In this document: positions 1 through 10,820 of the stretch, in pieces | Layout of the letters: each line of letters starts with the position of its first letter | Numbering within the stretch: the first letter of the stretch is position 1 | Assembly (NCBI GenBank): GCA_002104945.1 | Contig: MCFH01000013.1 | Coordinates: forward strand, 124,001 to 188,000 | Direction of reading: 5' to 3' | Length of the DNA: 64,000 nucleotides | Source: Piromyces finnis finn | Taxonomy: Eukaryota > Fungi > Neocallimastigomycota | Position numbers and translations under genes: made by a program | Notes under the pieces: generated by a model | What the model was told of the DNA's origin: nothing | What the model saw: the letters and a program-made list of their open reading frames with translations, nothing else | The model's database searches: none

Positions 1-2063
1 AAGTGACACTTCTCAATGTTGACCTTTAAACCATTATCGCGAAGGATCTGGAAAACCTTTTTGATATCACGAAGATGTTGTGAGTAAGAAGGAGAATAAA
101 TAATTATGTCATCAAGGTATACTTGAATACAAACATTGAGGAGGTCAAAGAAGATACGATTCATCTCTCTTTGAAAGGTCGCCGGCGCGTTTGTTAAACC
201 AAAAGGCATGACTACGTAATCAAAATTTCCAAAACGCGTGGTAATAGCTGTAATACATTGGTCTTCTGGTAGCATAGGAATTTGGTGGTATCCACTGAAT
301 AGATCTAAGGCCGTGAAAAATCTTGCACCAGTCATGGATTCAAAAGCTTCTCTAATGTTGGGAATAGAGTAAGCATCCTTTACAGTAATATTATTGACTT
401 TTCTATAATCTGCACAAAGACGCCATTTATTGTGCTTCTTAGGAACCATTACAATGGGAGAAGCCCAAGGGGAATGGGATGGAACAATAAGGCCTTTATC
501 CAGTAGTTTTTGAAGTTCACCCTTAAGAGCAGCTAGTTGAACTTGTGACAACTTCCGAACTTTAGCTTTAATGGGTTTAGCGCCCTCAACAAGTTCAATG
601 TGGTGTGACCGGAGTTTTGAACGTTGGAGATCATCAGTGGAACAAGCAATAACATCACGAAAAGAAAATAAAAGACTTTGAAAATCATCTACAACAATCG
701 GTTCTTCAGACTTATATGAAGGAATAAGATTATGTAATTCCTCAACTTTACCTAGAATTAAATCCTCCTTATTAAGAATAGGCTCGTTCTTGAGAGCAGC
801 TACAATTGGTTTCCTATCAGAAGAGGGAAATAAGTAACAGTAATAGCACAAAGGGTTAAAAGAATTAATATCAATAATAGGAGTGAGAGGTTCCAGAGTA
901 CCTTGACGTGTCTTAACACAAACAGTTTTATCGACTGCATCAACAATAATCCGTTGATCATGTTGAACTTTCAAACCAATCAGAGCATCATAAAATACGT
1001 CGTCATTATCGCAAATGCGGAATAGGACCGGAAAGGTAAGAGAACCAATACACACATTGAGTTCAACCAGATCAAAGGTACGAAGGTTATCATCAGCCAT
1101 AGCCTGTTGAATTTTGCTGTATACTTGGCCTTCAATTTTGAAATCGTTTATATTATCTAACAAGAATTTCCTCGAAACCAAGTTAATATTACTGCAGGAA
1201 TCAACTAAAAGAAAAGCCTTATGTCCATTCAGTAAGGCATGAACTACGGCAATGTCGTGGTCTTTTACGGCACCCGACACATAGTCGTGATGAGGATTAT
1301 TAACGACTTGTAGTTCCAGCGGCTTATTATCCTGTTCGACCATACCCATGACAATAGAGCTAGAGGGAACACGTTCCTTCTTTAAGTTGTTGGCAAGATC
1401 CATACGAGATTGGTTGGATAATTCCAAGAGTTGGGCGAAAGTCACATTAGCCTTAGTATTTTTCAAGTCTTCGCAGATATCATATCTATTTGTCCCTTGA
1501 GATAACTTCATGACTTGTATAGTTTTCTCTTTTGGGCCTAAGGGCTGTACAAGTGCGCTTCCGATATTAGGAGAGGAAGTAATAGGACTTTTACTTTTCT
1601 TTTCACTTTTCGGCTTGGAAACATTTTTAAAAGATACAGATTTAACATGGCTCTCGGACTTACGGACATCTGGAGGTGCCTGAGTTTGTTCAAAATCCAT
1701 TTCAACACTACTTACGTTTGGGAACGAGGGGGATTCGAACGCATGACCTGGGGACTGGGGGTTCGAGACAGTGCCCGCTGCACCATTGTGGTTATTTTTC
1801 TGAAAATTTTTTGAAGAGGGAAGATTCACCTGGGGGTGTGCCTGAGATGGTTGTGAGCTCACCGGAGATGTAGGAGGAGTAGTAGTATCAGAATTCGAGG
1901 AGGTGAGCGAGTTGCGTCTCTTCGTTTGAGCTGATTCCTCCTCATCTGTAGGGTCTAATTTCCTTTTAGCTACAGCAATTATATCCTTTTTGACCGTAGA
2001 TTCCGATGGTGAGTGACCCATTTGGTTACTGGAGGTGGATCGACCTCCATTTAGTGATTTAAA
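1..2063 (-). CDS. pol: Pol (protease + reverse transcriptase) of element A, partial, in the -1 frame relative to gag
   Basis: Hand translation is open from the gag end to the window edge: YDICEDLKNTKANVTFAQLLEL, AFLLVDSCSNINLVS (protease), SPWASPIVMVPKK..WRLCADYRKVN, LDLFSGYHQI, MPFGLTNAPATFQR, VYLDDIIIYS (RT). Absent from the ORF track because no stop lies in the window. Confidence 0.93.
2015..2063 (-). promoter_or_regulatory. -1 programmed ribosomal frameshift signal (slippery heptamer + probable H-type pseudoknot)
   Basis: T TTA AAT (2063-2057) in gag frame, 7-nt spacer, stem TGGAGGT/ACCTCCA (2049-2043/2036-2030), loop GATCC can pair with GGGTC (2019-2015); pol is in the -1 frame. Confidence 0.8.
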
Positions 2064-2998
2064 CGACCACAGTCTTTTTGGAGGTGTCCTGGTTGATGGC
2101 AGCGATAACACACTTTTTGGGAAAAGTTACCAGACGCATGAGGGGTATTCCTAGGCTGAGTGTAAGATGAATTATACCTGTTTTGATACTGATTTGGAGG
2201 ATTATAAGCAGGATAAGGAGTGTAATATTCAGATTGATGATAAGTGGCATAACCATCACCCATTGGTGCAGGAGGCCTGTTGTTGAAATAAGGATCTGAG
2301 TAACTAGGTCCAGGAGCTTGGACAGGAGCAACCGGTGTTGAAGGATAATTGTAACTGGAATTATTGGAATGTCCATAAGAATAAGGGTTAGGATTGGAGT
2401 AATGACTATCCATCGGACGATACTGTGGTGTATAAGCACCATGAGGATAATAACCAGGAGTAAAGCTACTGGAATAAGAGGCGTATTCTTTCCAGTATTC
2501 GTGGTTCTTTGCAGTTTGGCAAGCCTCATCAATAGTTGCGGGCTCGCGAATGGTGAGGGCATGTTGTAATTCTGGACGACTACGGATAGCATGCATATAG
2601 TCGTACACAGAAACTCTGGGGCGATATTCCGCATCCAAAGAATGGTAAAGGTCCAAAAACCTATTATTGAATTCATCCACTGTTTCTCCAGGACGAATAA
2701 CCATAATCTTTAATCGGCGAAAACCATCCTGTTTGTTGTTCCAATAGGCTAACCTATTCCTAATTGATGGCATACATTCATCCAAAGAGGGTGGCCTGTT
2801 CCACATGCGTTCAAACCTAATTAGTTCATCAACAATTTCTGGGAAATCGATACAACCGACAATGGTATCGAACTTTTCATTCTCATCAACAATGCCTTCT
2901 CTAGAAAACCATGCTTCCATCTGACGTTTCCACACATCTTCGTTGCAATGGGTTTTGTCCAAGATAGGAAGTCTATAATACGAAGATCTATTAGCCAT
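2051..2998 (-). CDS. gag: Gag of element A with C-terminal CCHC zinc knuckle
   Basis: 315-aa ORF ending CYRCHQPGHLQKDC; capsid-like segment (GETVDEFNNRF); directly upstream of pol. Confidence 0.9.
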   Translation of the reverse strand: MANRSSYYRLPILDKTHCNEDVWKRQMEAWFSREGIVDENEKFDTIVGCIDFPEIVDELIRFERMWNRPPSLDECMPSIRNRLAYWNNKQDGFRRLKIMVIRPGETVDEFNNRFLDLYHSLDAEYRPRVSVYDYMHAIRSRPELQHALTIREPATIDEACQTAKNHEYWKEYASYSSSFTPGYYPHGAYTPQYRPMDSHYSNPNPYSYGHSNNSSYNYPSTPVAPVQAPGPSYSDPYFNNRPPAPMGDGYATYHQSEYYTPYPAYNPPNQYQNRYNSSYTQPRNTPHASGNFSQKVCYRCHQPGHLQKDCGRLNH

Positions 2999-3046
2999 AG
3001 CAAAAATTTACTGAAATTTAAAGGGTTAGGAATTAATGAGTAAACA

Positions 3047-3096
<50 letters not shown>

Positions 3097-3490
3097 ATTT
3101 AACTGAAAATAATATAACAAACTAATTATTTAATATATTTTATTTATCAAGTGTAAAGAAATGTGTTCTTAACAATAAAAAAATTTATAACAATTTACTA
3201 AAATAACTTAGTAAATATAAAACACTTTTATCTTACTGTTAATTATTAATATTTAAAATTATTATTAAAAACACACAAATTTTAACTTAATAGGTTAGTG
3301 TTTAACAATAATTTATTAATTAATAAAAACTCAATTTTTTTTAAATTTAGAAAAATCCACTCATATTTATATAAAAATTTTTAAAATTAATCTAAAAGAT
3401 TTTTTACAACTTAAATTTCTTAACCAATCAAAGAATTTCGAGTTGATAAAAAATCAAAATAAAAAAATTAAAATCAAAATAAAAAAAAAA

Positions 3491-3558
3491 GTAATTTAGA
3501 AGTCTCGAACTCAAGACATTCGGACCAAAGTCTTAGTTACTAACCACTAAGACAATTT
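3491..3558 (-). other. Degenerate tRNA-like segment (Pol III A/B boxes followed by oligo-T) in the leader of element A
   Basis: TAGTGGTTAG (A-box-like, 3549-3540), loop CTTTGGT (TTG at anticodon position), GTTCGAGAC (B-box, 3510-3502), T10 run at 3490-3481. Acceptor and anticodon stems do not pair canonically. Confidence 0.45.
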
Positions 3559-3591
3559 CTTTATTTCTATGATTCGTTACATCAAGTTTAG

Positions 3592-4421
3592 TGTAAAATA
3601 TTGTATTAGTTAAATGTATTAGTTAAATAATGTATTTAATACGTATGTAGAACAATGTATAATGTATTGAATTAATGTACCGTAAATTTTACAAAAATTT
3701 ACATCACAATACATTAACATAAATTTATGTAAATTTAATTTTATGATAAGATAAAGTTTTGATGATAAAATAAAATTTTAAAATTAAATAATTTTTAACC
3801 AATAAATATTTGAGATAAGAAAAAATTTTTTTTATAAACTAAGCCTCAAAATTAGAAATAAATAAATTAAATATATGTTTGAAATATAATCAACCATATA
3901 GTAAATAAATCAAAACTTTATTTTAAGTTTAGAAAATTCTTTAGTAAATAAATTGAATTTAAATAGTTTAATACAAATAATTTCTTTTAATAAATGTATA
4001 AATGTAAACAATGTAAAATTATAATATTAAAACATGTATATTAGAATTTATTCAATTTATTTAAAAAGTATAAATAAAGAAAATTTCTCAACTATTGAAA
4101 CGATAGTTGGAAAATAGTAATTAATCCAATTGTATCATTATTATTAATAATATTAGATTATTAATAAAGCTTATAATAAAACATTTTTTATTTAATTGAA
4201 AACTGATTACCTAGCGAAGGCTCTGGTTAAATAACCTTCGTGGTAAAGTAATCAGCAGTTGTCATAGTTTAGAAGATAAAGTTATTATTTAAATAAATAA
4301 AAAAGTATTAAAAAATAAATTGGAATTTTTTCTTTCTTTTGTTTTGTATTGTTGTTTTGTTAGCACAGACCTAAATCCAATAATTTAATTTAAAGGTTAG
4401 ATTTAAATTAAATATTTTACA
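3592..4421 (+). repeat. 5' LTR of element B
   Basis: Direct repeat of 9287-10116; same length; no difference seen in the stretches compared by eye; TG...CA ends. Confidence 0.97.
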
Positions 4422-4432
4422 ATTTTCCAACT
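4422..4432 (+). promoter_or_regulatory. Self-priming (Tf1/sushi-type) primer binding site of element B
   Basis: ATTTTCCAACT directly after the LTR is the exact reverse complement of AGTTGGAAAAT at 4105-4115 in the LTR, 36 nt downstream of the start of TATAAATA (4069-4076); no TGG tRNA-type PBS. Confidence 0.85.
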
Positions 4433-4481
4433 TTTTAGAATAGTGGATTTACCTTTGTGTGGGAAATAAATAAATAAATAA

Positions 4482-4518
<37 letters not shown>

Positions 4519-4568
4519 AAATAGTGAGAATTTAATATTAGAATTAAATTCGGGGATATATATATGTG

Positions 4569-4603
<35 letters not shown>

Positions 4604-4646
4604 TGAATAATAGTAGAATAAATATAATAGATAGAATAGTATTATT

Positions 4647-4683
<37 letters not shown>

Positions 4684-4736
4684 GATTTTAGAATAGAAAG
4701 GAATTTGTAGGATTTGGATAATCGAGGATTAAAATT

Positions 4737-7700
4737 TTGGAAATAAGGAATAATTTAGATTGTATTGTTTGGTGGATAATATATTTTAGTATGAACGGGG
4801 AATATAGGTATATCGACAACTGTAATGGTAATGGAGTAGCTGGAATCAGTGACGACGATTCTGAGGCTAGCTCCATGGAAATAGAACATGAGGATGGCGA
4901 AATCGTCAACGCCAGGGATAACCTCATACCAAGACCACCGAAGTTTTATGGAAAAAGGAATGAGTTAGCAAGTTTCTTTGCTAAACTCGAAAAATATTTC
5001 AAGTATAATCTAAGACAGAATGCTACCGAAGCTTACAAGATTGATGTACTTAGTTGCTATTTAGAAGGACCCGCCGCCGAATGGTATGCCGACTTGGAGA
5101 AAGAAGAAAGCCCTTTAATAAAATCTTATGAAGACCTTAAAGCCGCAATGCAAGCAAGGTACCGAACGTGCACGAGTTCTGATGTGGCTAATAGAAGATT
5201 AACGAAGCTCAACTACAAACAATTCAAAAGTGTGATGGATTACTGCGACTGTTTCGAAAAAACTTCTAGGGACTCGTCTTTTGACGATGAAGCCAAGATA
5301 CATTTCTTTGTAGAAGGATTGCCGCCGTCTGTTCAGGAGAAGACAAAACTAGTATATCCTAAGATAAGAAAGCTGTATGATCTAATCAATACTGTAGCTG
5401 CCAATATTGAAGAAGACTGGAGAATCTACGGAAAGGACCCAATGAATATAGATGGAGAAAGAGGAAGAAGATATAACCGGAATCTAGGAAAGCGACTCTA
5501 CCAAGGGAATTATGGGATGAAATTCAACAACTACCGAGACTTTCATCACGAGGAAAAAGTACAAAAGACCAAGAAATGCTTCATTTGTAAATCAACAGGA
5601 CATTTGAAGAAGGATTGCCCAATGCTCAAAGATAAATTGGCAAACCGCCCAAAAGCATTCATGATCAAGGAAAACAGAAAACAGCACTTATTGAATGTTT
5701 TCGATGTTGTACTTCATGTCAATCGAGGAATCTCACTAAATGCGTTAGTTGACTCAGGATCCGACTTGGAATTCATGGATTGGAAAACGGTCAATAAATA
5801 TAGAATACCAATCCAAAGGATGATGAAAGACAAGTTTGTGGAAGGACTGGGAGGAAATGGATTACTGAAGTATGAAACGATCCCGTTGATCATGTCTATC
5901 GGCAATCACAAGGAGTCTATTCAATTTTATATTACGACTCTACCTTCAGACGTATCACTTATTTTAGGAAACAAATGGCTAAGAAAACATGATCCGATTA
6001 TCAGTTTCAAGAATCAAAAATTAGAGTTTAAGTCTGAATTTTGTAAGACGAATTGTTGCGCTACTGATGAAGAAATAAATGAAAGAATTGAACAAAATAA
6101 ATTAAAAGAAGAGGAAGATAAAAGAAAGAGATTAGAGTTAGCTGAAGAAATTATTAATAATTATAAGAATAGTTTAGTTATTAGAGATAGTAAACTTAAA
6201 AATAAAGAAAATGTATTAGTAATAGAAAAGAAAAAGAAAAAGTCATGTATAAATAAAAAATGTAAAACATCAAAATTAAATAAAATTCTTCATCAAAAAT
6301 ACTTAGTATGTTGTGCGATTACAAGTGATAATGATGGTACACCTGAAGTCCCAAATGAATACAAAGAATTTAAAAATGTATTTGATGAAATTGAGTGTAA
6401 TGAGTTACCTCCTCATCGAATATATGACTGTAAGATTAAATTAAAGGATGATAATGAATTATTTTATGGACCATTATATCCTCTAACCGAGGAAGAGAGG
6501 GAAACGTTAAAGGAATATTTAAAAGAAAATCTAGAAAAAGGATTCATAAGACCCTCAACTTCACCTGCTGGAGCACCTGTACTGTTCGTTAGGAAAAAGG
6601 ATGGAACTTTAAGATTGTGTGTTGACTACCGAAGACTCAATGAAAACACAATTAGGGATTCATATCCGTTACCTCTTATATCCGAATTATTCGATAGGTT
6701 AAGAGAAGCTAAAATTTTTACTAAACTTGATCTCAAGTCTGCTTATAATCTAGTCCGAATAAATAAAGGCGATGAATATAAAACTGCATTTAGGACAAGA
6801 TTCGGTCACTTTGAATATCTTGTCATGCCGTTCGGATTAAAAAACGCTCCTGCAACCTTCCAACATTTTATCAATGATGTCCTCGGGGAATATTTGGATG
6901 AATTCGCGTTTTCTTATATTGATGATATTCTTATCTATTCAAAAGACTTAGAAGAACACCGAACTCACGTAAAGAAAGTCCTTAAAAAATTACAAGAAAA
7001 TGGGTTATATGTAAAATTAAGCAAATGCGAATTTGAAACGAATAAAACGTCATTTTTAGGTCACATAATTTCGGACAAGGGCATCTCCATGGATCCAAAG
7101 AAGGTAGAAGCAATTATGAATTGGCCAATTCCAAAGACTGTAAAGGAAGTTCAATCATTTTTGGGTTTATGCAATTACTATAGAAGATTCATTCCGAACT
7201 TTGCAGAAATAGCGAAACCTTTGCACAATCTAACAAAGAAAAATGTAGTTTTTGACTGGACTATAATTTGTAATAATGCTTTTGAGAAGTTAAAGCAGTG
7301 CTTCACTGAAGAACCAATTTTAGTACATGCCGATCCAGAATTACCTTATATAGTGGAAACTGATGCTAGTGATTTTGCAATTGGTGCAGTATTATCTCAA
7401 AGATTAAACAATAAGGAACTACATCCAATTTGTTATTTTTCAAGAGGACTTACTAAGTCAGAAAAGAACTATCCGATCTACGATAAAGAATTATTAGCGG
7501 TTATATGTGCACTTAAAGAATGGAGACATTATTTGGAAGGAGCTAAGCATCAATTCACTGTGTTTACAGATCACAAGAATCTTACCTTTCCAAGAAAGCC
7601 TGAATTATTATCTCAAAGACAAATTCGATGGAATTTGTTCTTAACTCGTTACGACTTCAAACTCCAATACAGACCAGGAAAAGAGGGAGGAAAACCGGAC

Positions 7701-9275
7701 TCATTTTCAAGAAGACCTGACTTTCAAAAAGAGGAAATTAAAGATGAAGAAACATTTTCTTGCTTAACTATAAAAGAAATTAAGGAAAACTTATGTTGTA
7801 TTGCAATCCAAGGAAATCTTAAAGAAGAATTAATCAAAGAAGTTAAAGAAGATACGGAAATACAAGAATTAACAAAAATTCTACAAGGGAATTCTATTGC
7901 AAGCAGAAAGTATAAAAAGCTTATGAAGAACTTTAAATTAAATGAAGAAGGTATTCTTTTGTATAAAGGATTAATTTTCGTACCAACTAAAATGAGAGAA
8001 AACATAATTTCAATTCATCATGATAATCCAGTTCATGGCCATTTTGGTATTATCAAAACCAAAGAATTAATAACAAGAAATTTCATTTGGTTAAACATGA
8101 CTCAAGATATAGTAAAGTATATAGCTTCTTGCAAGACTTGTGGTGCAGCTAAAGACAATCGCCATAAACCTTATGGATTATTGCAACCTTTACCTACTCC
8201 TAGTAGACCTTGGTCCTCGGTATCGATGGATTTCATAACTGATTTACCAAGATCTCATCAGAAAACGGTTATAATGGTTGTGGTTGACAGACTAACAAAA
8301 ATGGCTCACTTTATTCCATTCAGAATGATTCCAACTGCTCAAATTGCAGCAGATGTCTTCTTTAGAGAAATTTTCCGATTACATGGATTGCCAGACGAAA
8401 TTATATCTGATAGAGGAACGCAATTCACTTCTGAATTTTGGCAACGTTTATGTTGCCTATTAAATATCAAACATAATGTTTCAAGTGCTCACCATCCACA
8501 ATCTGATGGTCAAACTGAACGAGTTAATAGCATTCTAGAACAATTCTTAAGATGTTATATCAATAAAAGAAAAGATAACTGGATGAATCTCTTACCTTAT
8601 GCGGAATTTGCATACAATAATACACTACAACAATCGATTAACCAAACACCTTTCTTTGCTAACTATGGTCAAAATCCAAGATTTGATTTAGAAATTCCAG
8701 CTGATAGTGGTAATAGAAGTGCTAACCGTCACGCCTCTCAAATGCAAAACAACATTAAATTTTTAAAGAAAAATTTAGAAAAAGCTAAACAAAGATACAA
8801 GAAATATGCTGATTGTATAAGACTTATTGGTCCGAAATTGAGAATTGGTGATTTAGTTTGGTTAAAGCGTCCTGATTTACTTCCTAAAGGACCTCCTAAA
8901 TTAACTGATAAAAAACTTGGACCTTTTGAAATCATCGAAAAGACTGGACCAGTTTCTTATAAGTTAAGATTACCTGAGTCTTTTAGATGTCATCCTGTTT
9001 TCCATATCTCGAATTTAGAACCTTTTGTAGTGAGAGAAAATAGTGATAATTTGCAACATTCTATCAAGATACCTAATATCGCTACTGATTCATCTGTAGA
9101 AAGAATTCCATTGAAAATAGTTAGTGAAAAAATTGTCAATGGAATCAAGTATTATTTCATGGTTTGGAAAGATCATCTTCCTTCAGAAAGTTCTTGGCTT
9201 AGAGAAGATGAAATTGAGGACCCTCAAATGATTCAAGAATTTCTTAAACACAAGTCGCTCAGGGGCTCGACTTAA
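4737..9275 (+). CDS. Gag-Pol polyprotein of element B (capsid, CCHC, protease, RT, RNase H, integrase, chromodomain)
   Basis: CFICKSTGHLKKDC; ALVDSGS; YIDDILIYS; VETDASDF; HHDNPVHGH...CKTC, MDFITDLP, SDRGTQF, DGQTER; GPFEI; C-terminal YYFMVWKDHLPSESSWLRE chromodomain. True start may be ATG 4791 or 4875. Confidence 0.98.
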   Translation: MEIRNNLDCIVWWIIYFSMNGEYRYIDNCNGNGVAGISDDDSEASSMEIEHEDGEIVNARDNLIPRPPKFYGKRNELASFFAKLEKYFKYNLRQNATEAYKIDVLSCYLEGPAAEWYADLEKEESPLIKSYEDLKAAMQARYRTCTSSDVANRRLTKLNYKQFKSVMDYCDCFEKTSRDSSFDDEAKIHFFVEGLPPSVQEKTKLVYPKIRKLYDLINTVAANIEEDWRIYGKDPMNIDGERGRRYNRNLGKRLYQGNYGMKFNNYRDFHHEEKVQKTKKCFICKSTGHLKKDCPMLKDKLANRPKAFMIKENRKQHLLNVFDVVLHVNRGISLNALVDSGSDLEFMDWKTVNKYRIPIQRMMKDKFVEGLGGNGLLKYETIPLIMSIGNHKESIQFYITTLPSDVSLILGNKWLRKHDPIISFKNQKLEFKSEFCKTNCCATDEEINERIEQNKLKEEEDKRKRLELAEEIINNYKNSLVIRDSKLKNKENVLVIEKKKKKSCINKKCKTSKLNKILHQKYLVCCAITSDNDGTPEVPNEYKEFKNVFDEIECNELPPHRIYDCKIKLKDDNELFYGPLYPLTEEERETLKEYLKENLEKGFIRPSTSPAGAPVLFVRKKDGTLRLCVDYRRLNENTIRDSYPLPLISELFDRLREAKIFTKLDLKSAYNLVRINKGDEYKTAFRTRFGHFEYLVMPFGLKNAPATFQHFINDVLGEYLDEFAFSYIDDILIYSKDLEEHRTHVKKVLKKLQENGLYVKLSKCEFETNKTSFLGHIISDKGISMDPKKVEAIMNWPIPKTVKEVQSFLGLCNYYRRFIPNFAEIAKPLHNLTKKNVVFDWTIICNNAFEKLKQCFTEEPILVHADPELPYIVETDASDFAIGAVLSQRLNNKELHPICYFSRGLTKSEKNYPIYDKELLAVICALKEWRHYLEGAKHQFTVFTDHKNLTFPRKPELLSQRQIRWNLFLTRYDFKLQYRPGKEGGKPDSFSRRPDFQKEEIKDEETFSCLTIKEIKENLCCIAIQGNLKEELIKEVKEDTEIQELTKILQGNSIASRKYKKLMKNFKLNEEGILLYKGLIFVPTKMRENIISIHHDNPVHGHFGIIKTKELITRNFIWLNMTQDIVKYIASCKTCGAAKDNRHKPYGLLQPLPTPSRPWSSVSMDFITDLPRSHQKTVIMVVVDRLTKMAHFIPFRMIPTAQIAADVFFREIFRLHGLPDEIISDRGTQFTSEFWQRLCCLLNIKHNVSSAHHPQSDGQTERVNSILEQFLRCYINKRKDNWMNLLPYAEFAYNNTLQQSINQTPFFANYGQNPRFDLEIPADSGNRSANRHASQMQNNIKFLKKNLEKAKQRYKKYADCIRLIGPKLRIGDLVWLKRPDLLPKGPPKLTDKKLGPFEIIEKTGPVSYKLRLPESFRCHPVFHISNLEPFVVRENSDNLQHSIKIPNIATDSSVERIPLKIVSEKIVNGIKYYFMVWKDHLPSESSWLREDEIEDPQMIQEFLKHKSLRGST

Positions 9276-9286
9276 GAAGAGGGGAA
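9274..9286 (+). promoter_or_regulatory. Polypurine tract of element B
   Basis: AAGAAGAGGGGAA immediately before the 3' LTR TG. Confidence 0.9.
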
Positions 9287-10116
9287 TGTAAAATATTGTA
9301 TTAGTTAAATGTATTAGTTAAATAATGTATTTAATACGTATGTAGAACAATGTATAATGTATTGAATTAATGTACCGTAAATTTTACAAAAATTTACATC
9401 ACAATACATTAACATAAATTTATGTAAATTTAATTTTATGATAAGATAAAGTTTTGATGATAAAATAAAATTTTAAAATTAAATAATTTTTAACCAATAA
9501 ATATTTGAGATAAGAAAAAATTTTTTTTATAAACTAAGCCTCAAAATTAGAAATAAATAAATTAAATATATGTTTGAAATATAATCAACCATATAGTAAA
9601 TAAATCAAAACTTTATTTTAAGTTTAGAAAATTCTTTAGTAAATAAATTGAATTTAAATAGTTTAATACAAATAATTTCTTTTAATAAATGTATAAATGT
9701 AAACAATGTAAAATTATAATATTAAAACATGTATATTAGAATTTATTCAATTTATTTAAAAAGTATAAATAAAGAAAATTTCTCAACTATTGAAACGATA
9801 GTTGGAAAATAGTAATTAATCCAATTGTATCATTATTATTAATAATATTAGATTATTAATAAAGCTTATAATAAAACATTTTTTATTTAATTGAAAACTG
9901 ATTACCTAGCGAAGGCTCTGGTTAAATAACCTTCGTGGTAAAGTAATCAGCAGTTGTCATAGTTTAGAAGATAAAGTTATTATTTAAATAAATAAAAAAG
10001 TATTAAAAAATAAATTGGAATTTTTTCTTTCTTTTGTTTTGTATTGTTGTTTTGTTAGCACAGACCTAAATCCAATAATTTAATTTAAAGGTTAGATTTA
10101 AATTAAATATTTTACA
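9287..10116 (+). repeat. 3' LTR of element B
   Basis: 830-bp copy of 3592-4421, followed by TSD TTTAG. Confidence 0.97.
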
Positions 10117-10481
10117 TTTAGTTTTCGACCTCCACTTCGGGCCCTCACTAATAAATACTTTATTCTAACAGTGGGTTAGAATGGTGATATTTCTTTAATA
10201 GCTGCCGGAAGCGCTCTACTCTCCTAATGAATATTTAAGAACTGATATGGTAGTTACCAACTCTTAAATAACCTCAACAAATAACTGGAGAAAATATACT
10301 AAACTTTAATAATTTATACGCAAGCGTTGTAGCTGTCTAGTATAAACTACTTAATTATATTATATTATTAAAAGAATAACAACTTTTTATATCCTTTTCT
10401 ACTTCTAAGTAGTAAAGGAGGAAAATAACAATAAAACTTGTTTTAAAAATCGAAAAAAAAAAAAAAACACTATTCTTTCTA

Positions 10482-10499
10482 TCCCCGATATCTCCACCA
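10482..10499 (-). promoter_or_regulatory. tRNA primer binding site of element A (probably tRNA-Ala)
   Basis: Plus strand TCCCCGATATCTCCACCA reads as an 18-nt tRNA 3' end with CCA and the ...TCCA-CCA ending typical of tRNA-Ala; minus strand starts TGG, 3 nt from a TATCA LTR-like end. Confidence 0.7.
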
Positions 10500-10502
10500 A
10501 GT

Positions 10503-10820
10503 TGATACGGGTTAATTTTATGTAGAAAGAATTAAACTTTAATTAATATATATTTTATTAATAATTTTATTTATAACGTTCCAATATTTCTATTCTGTCT
10601 AAATACTAAAACGTTCTGTCGTTGTCAAATATTAAAATTCTAACTAAAACAAGAAGCCCTTTTTAATAATATTTATTCTAGTCTATTTATACTAATGAGG
10701 CTTACTTAATAATTAATTGTCCAATTATAAGGCTGGAACTATATGGATCATTCATTTACAATACTCTTTTACATTACATGATATTACATTTGTCGTACAT
10801 TTACATTATATTCTTATACA
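10503..10820 (-). repeat. Probable 5' LTR of element A
   Basis: Minus strand TGTATAAG...CGTATCA abutting the PBS, with a TGTA-rich start like the other LTRs here. Partner LTR is not in the window, so boundaries are inferred. Confidence 0.55.

Larger units (their letters stand above)
3592..10116 (+). mobile_element. Intact chromovirus-type Ty3/Gypsy LTR retrotransposon B (6525 bp)
   Basis: 830-bp LTRs with TGTAAAATATT...AATATTTTACA termini, TSD TTTAG (3587-3591 and 10117-10121), PPT 9274-9286, single gag-pol ORF with chromodomain. Confidence 0.98.
1..10820 (-). mobile_element. Ty3/Gypsy LTR retrotransposon A (partial; runs off the left edge; leader interrupted by element B at 3592-10116)
   Basis: gag with CCHC knuckle, -1 frame pol with protease and RT motifs, tRNA PBS at 10482-10499, probable 5' LTR 10503-10820. 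3' LTR is outside the window. Confidence 0.85.

Noticed and set aside
1725-1800. tRNA-like sequence on the minus strand (TGGTGCAGCGG...GTTCGAATCCC...CCA)
   Set aside because: T-stem and acceptor stem do not pair and it lies within the open pol frame; likely coincidence.
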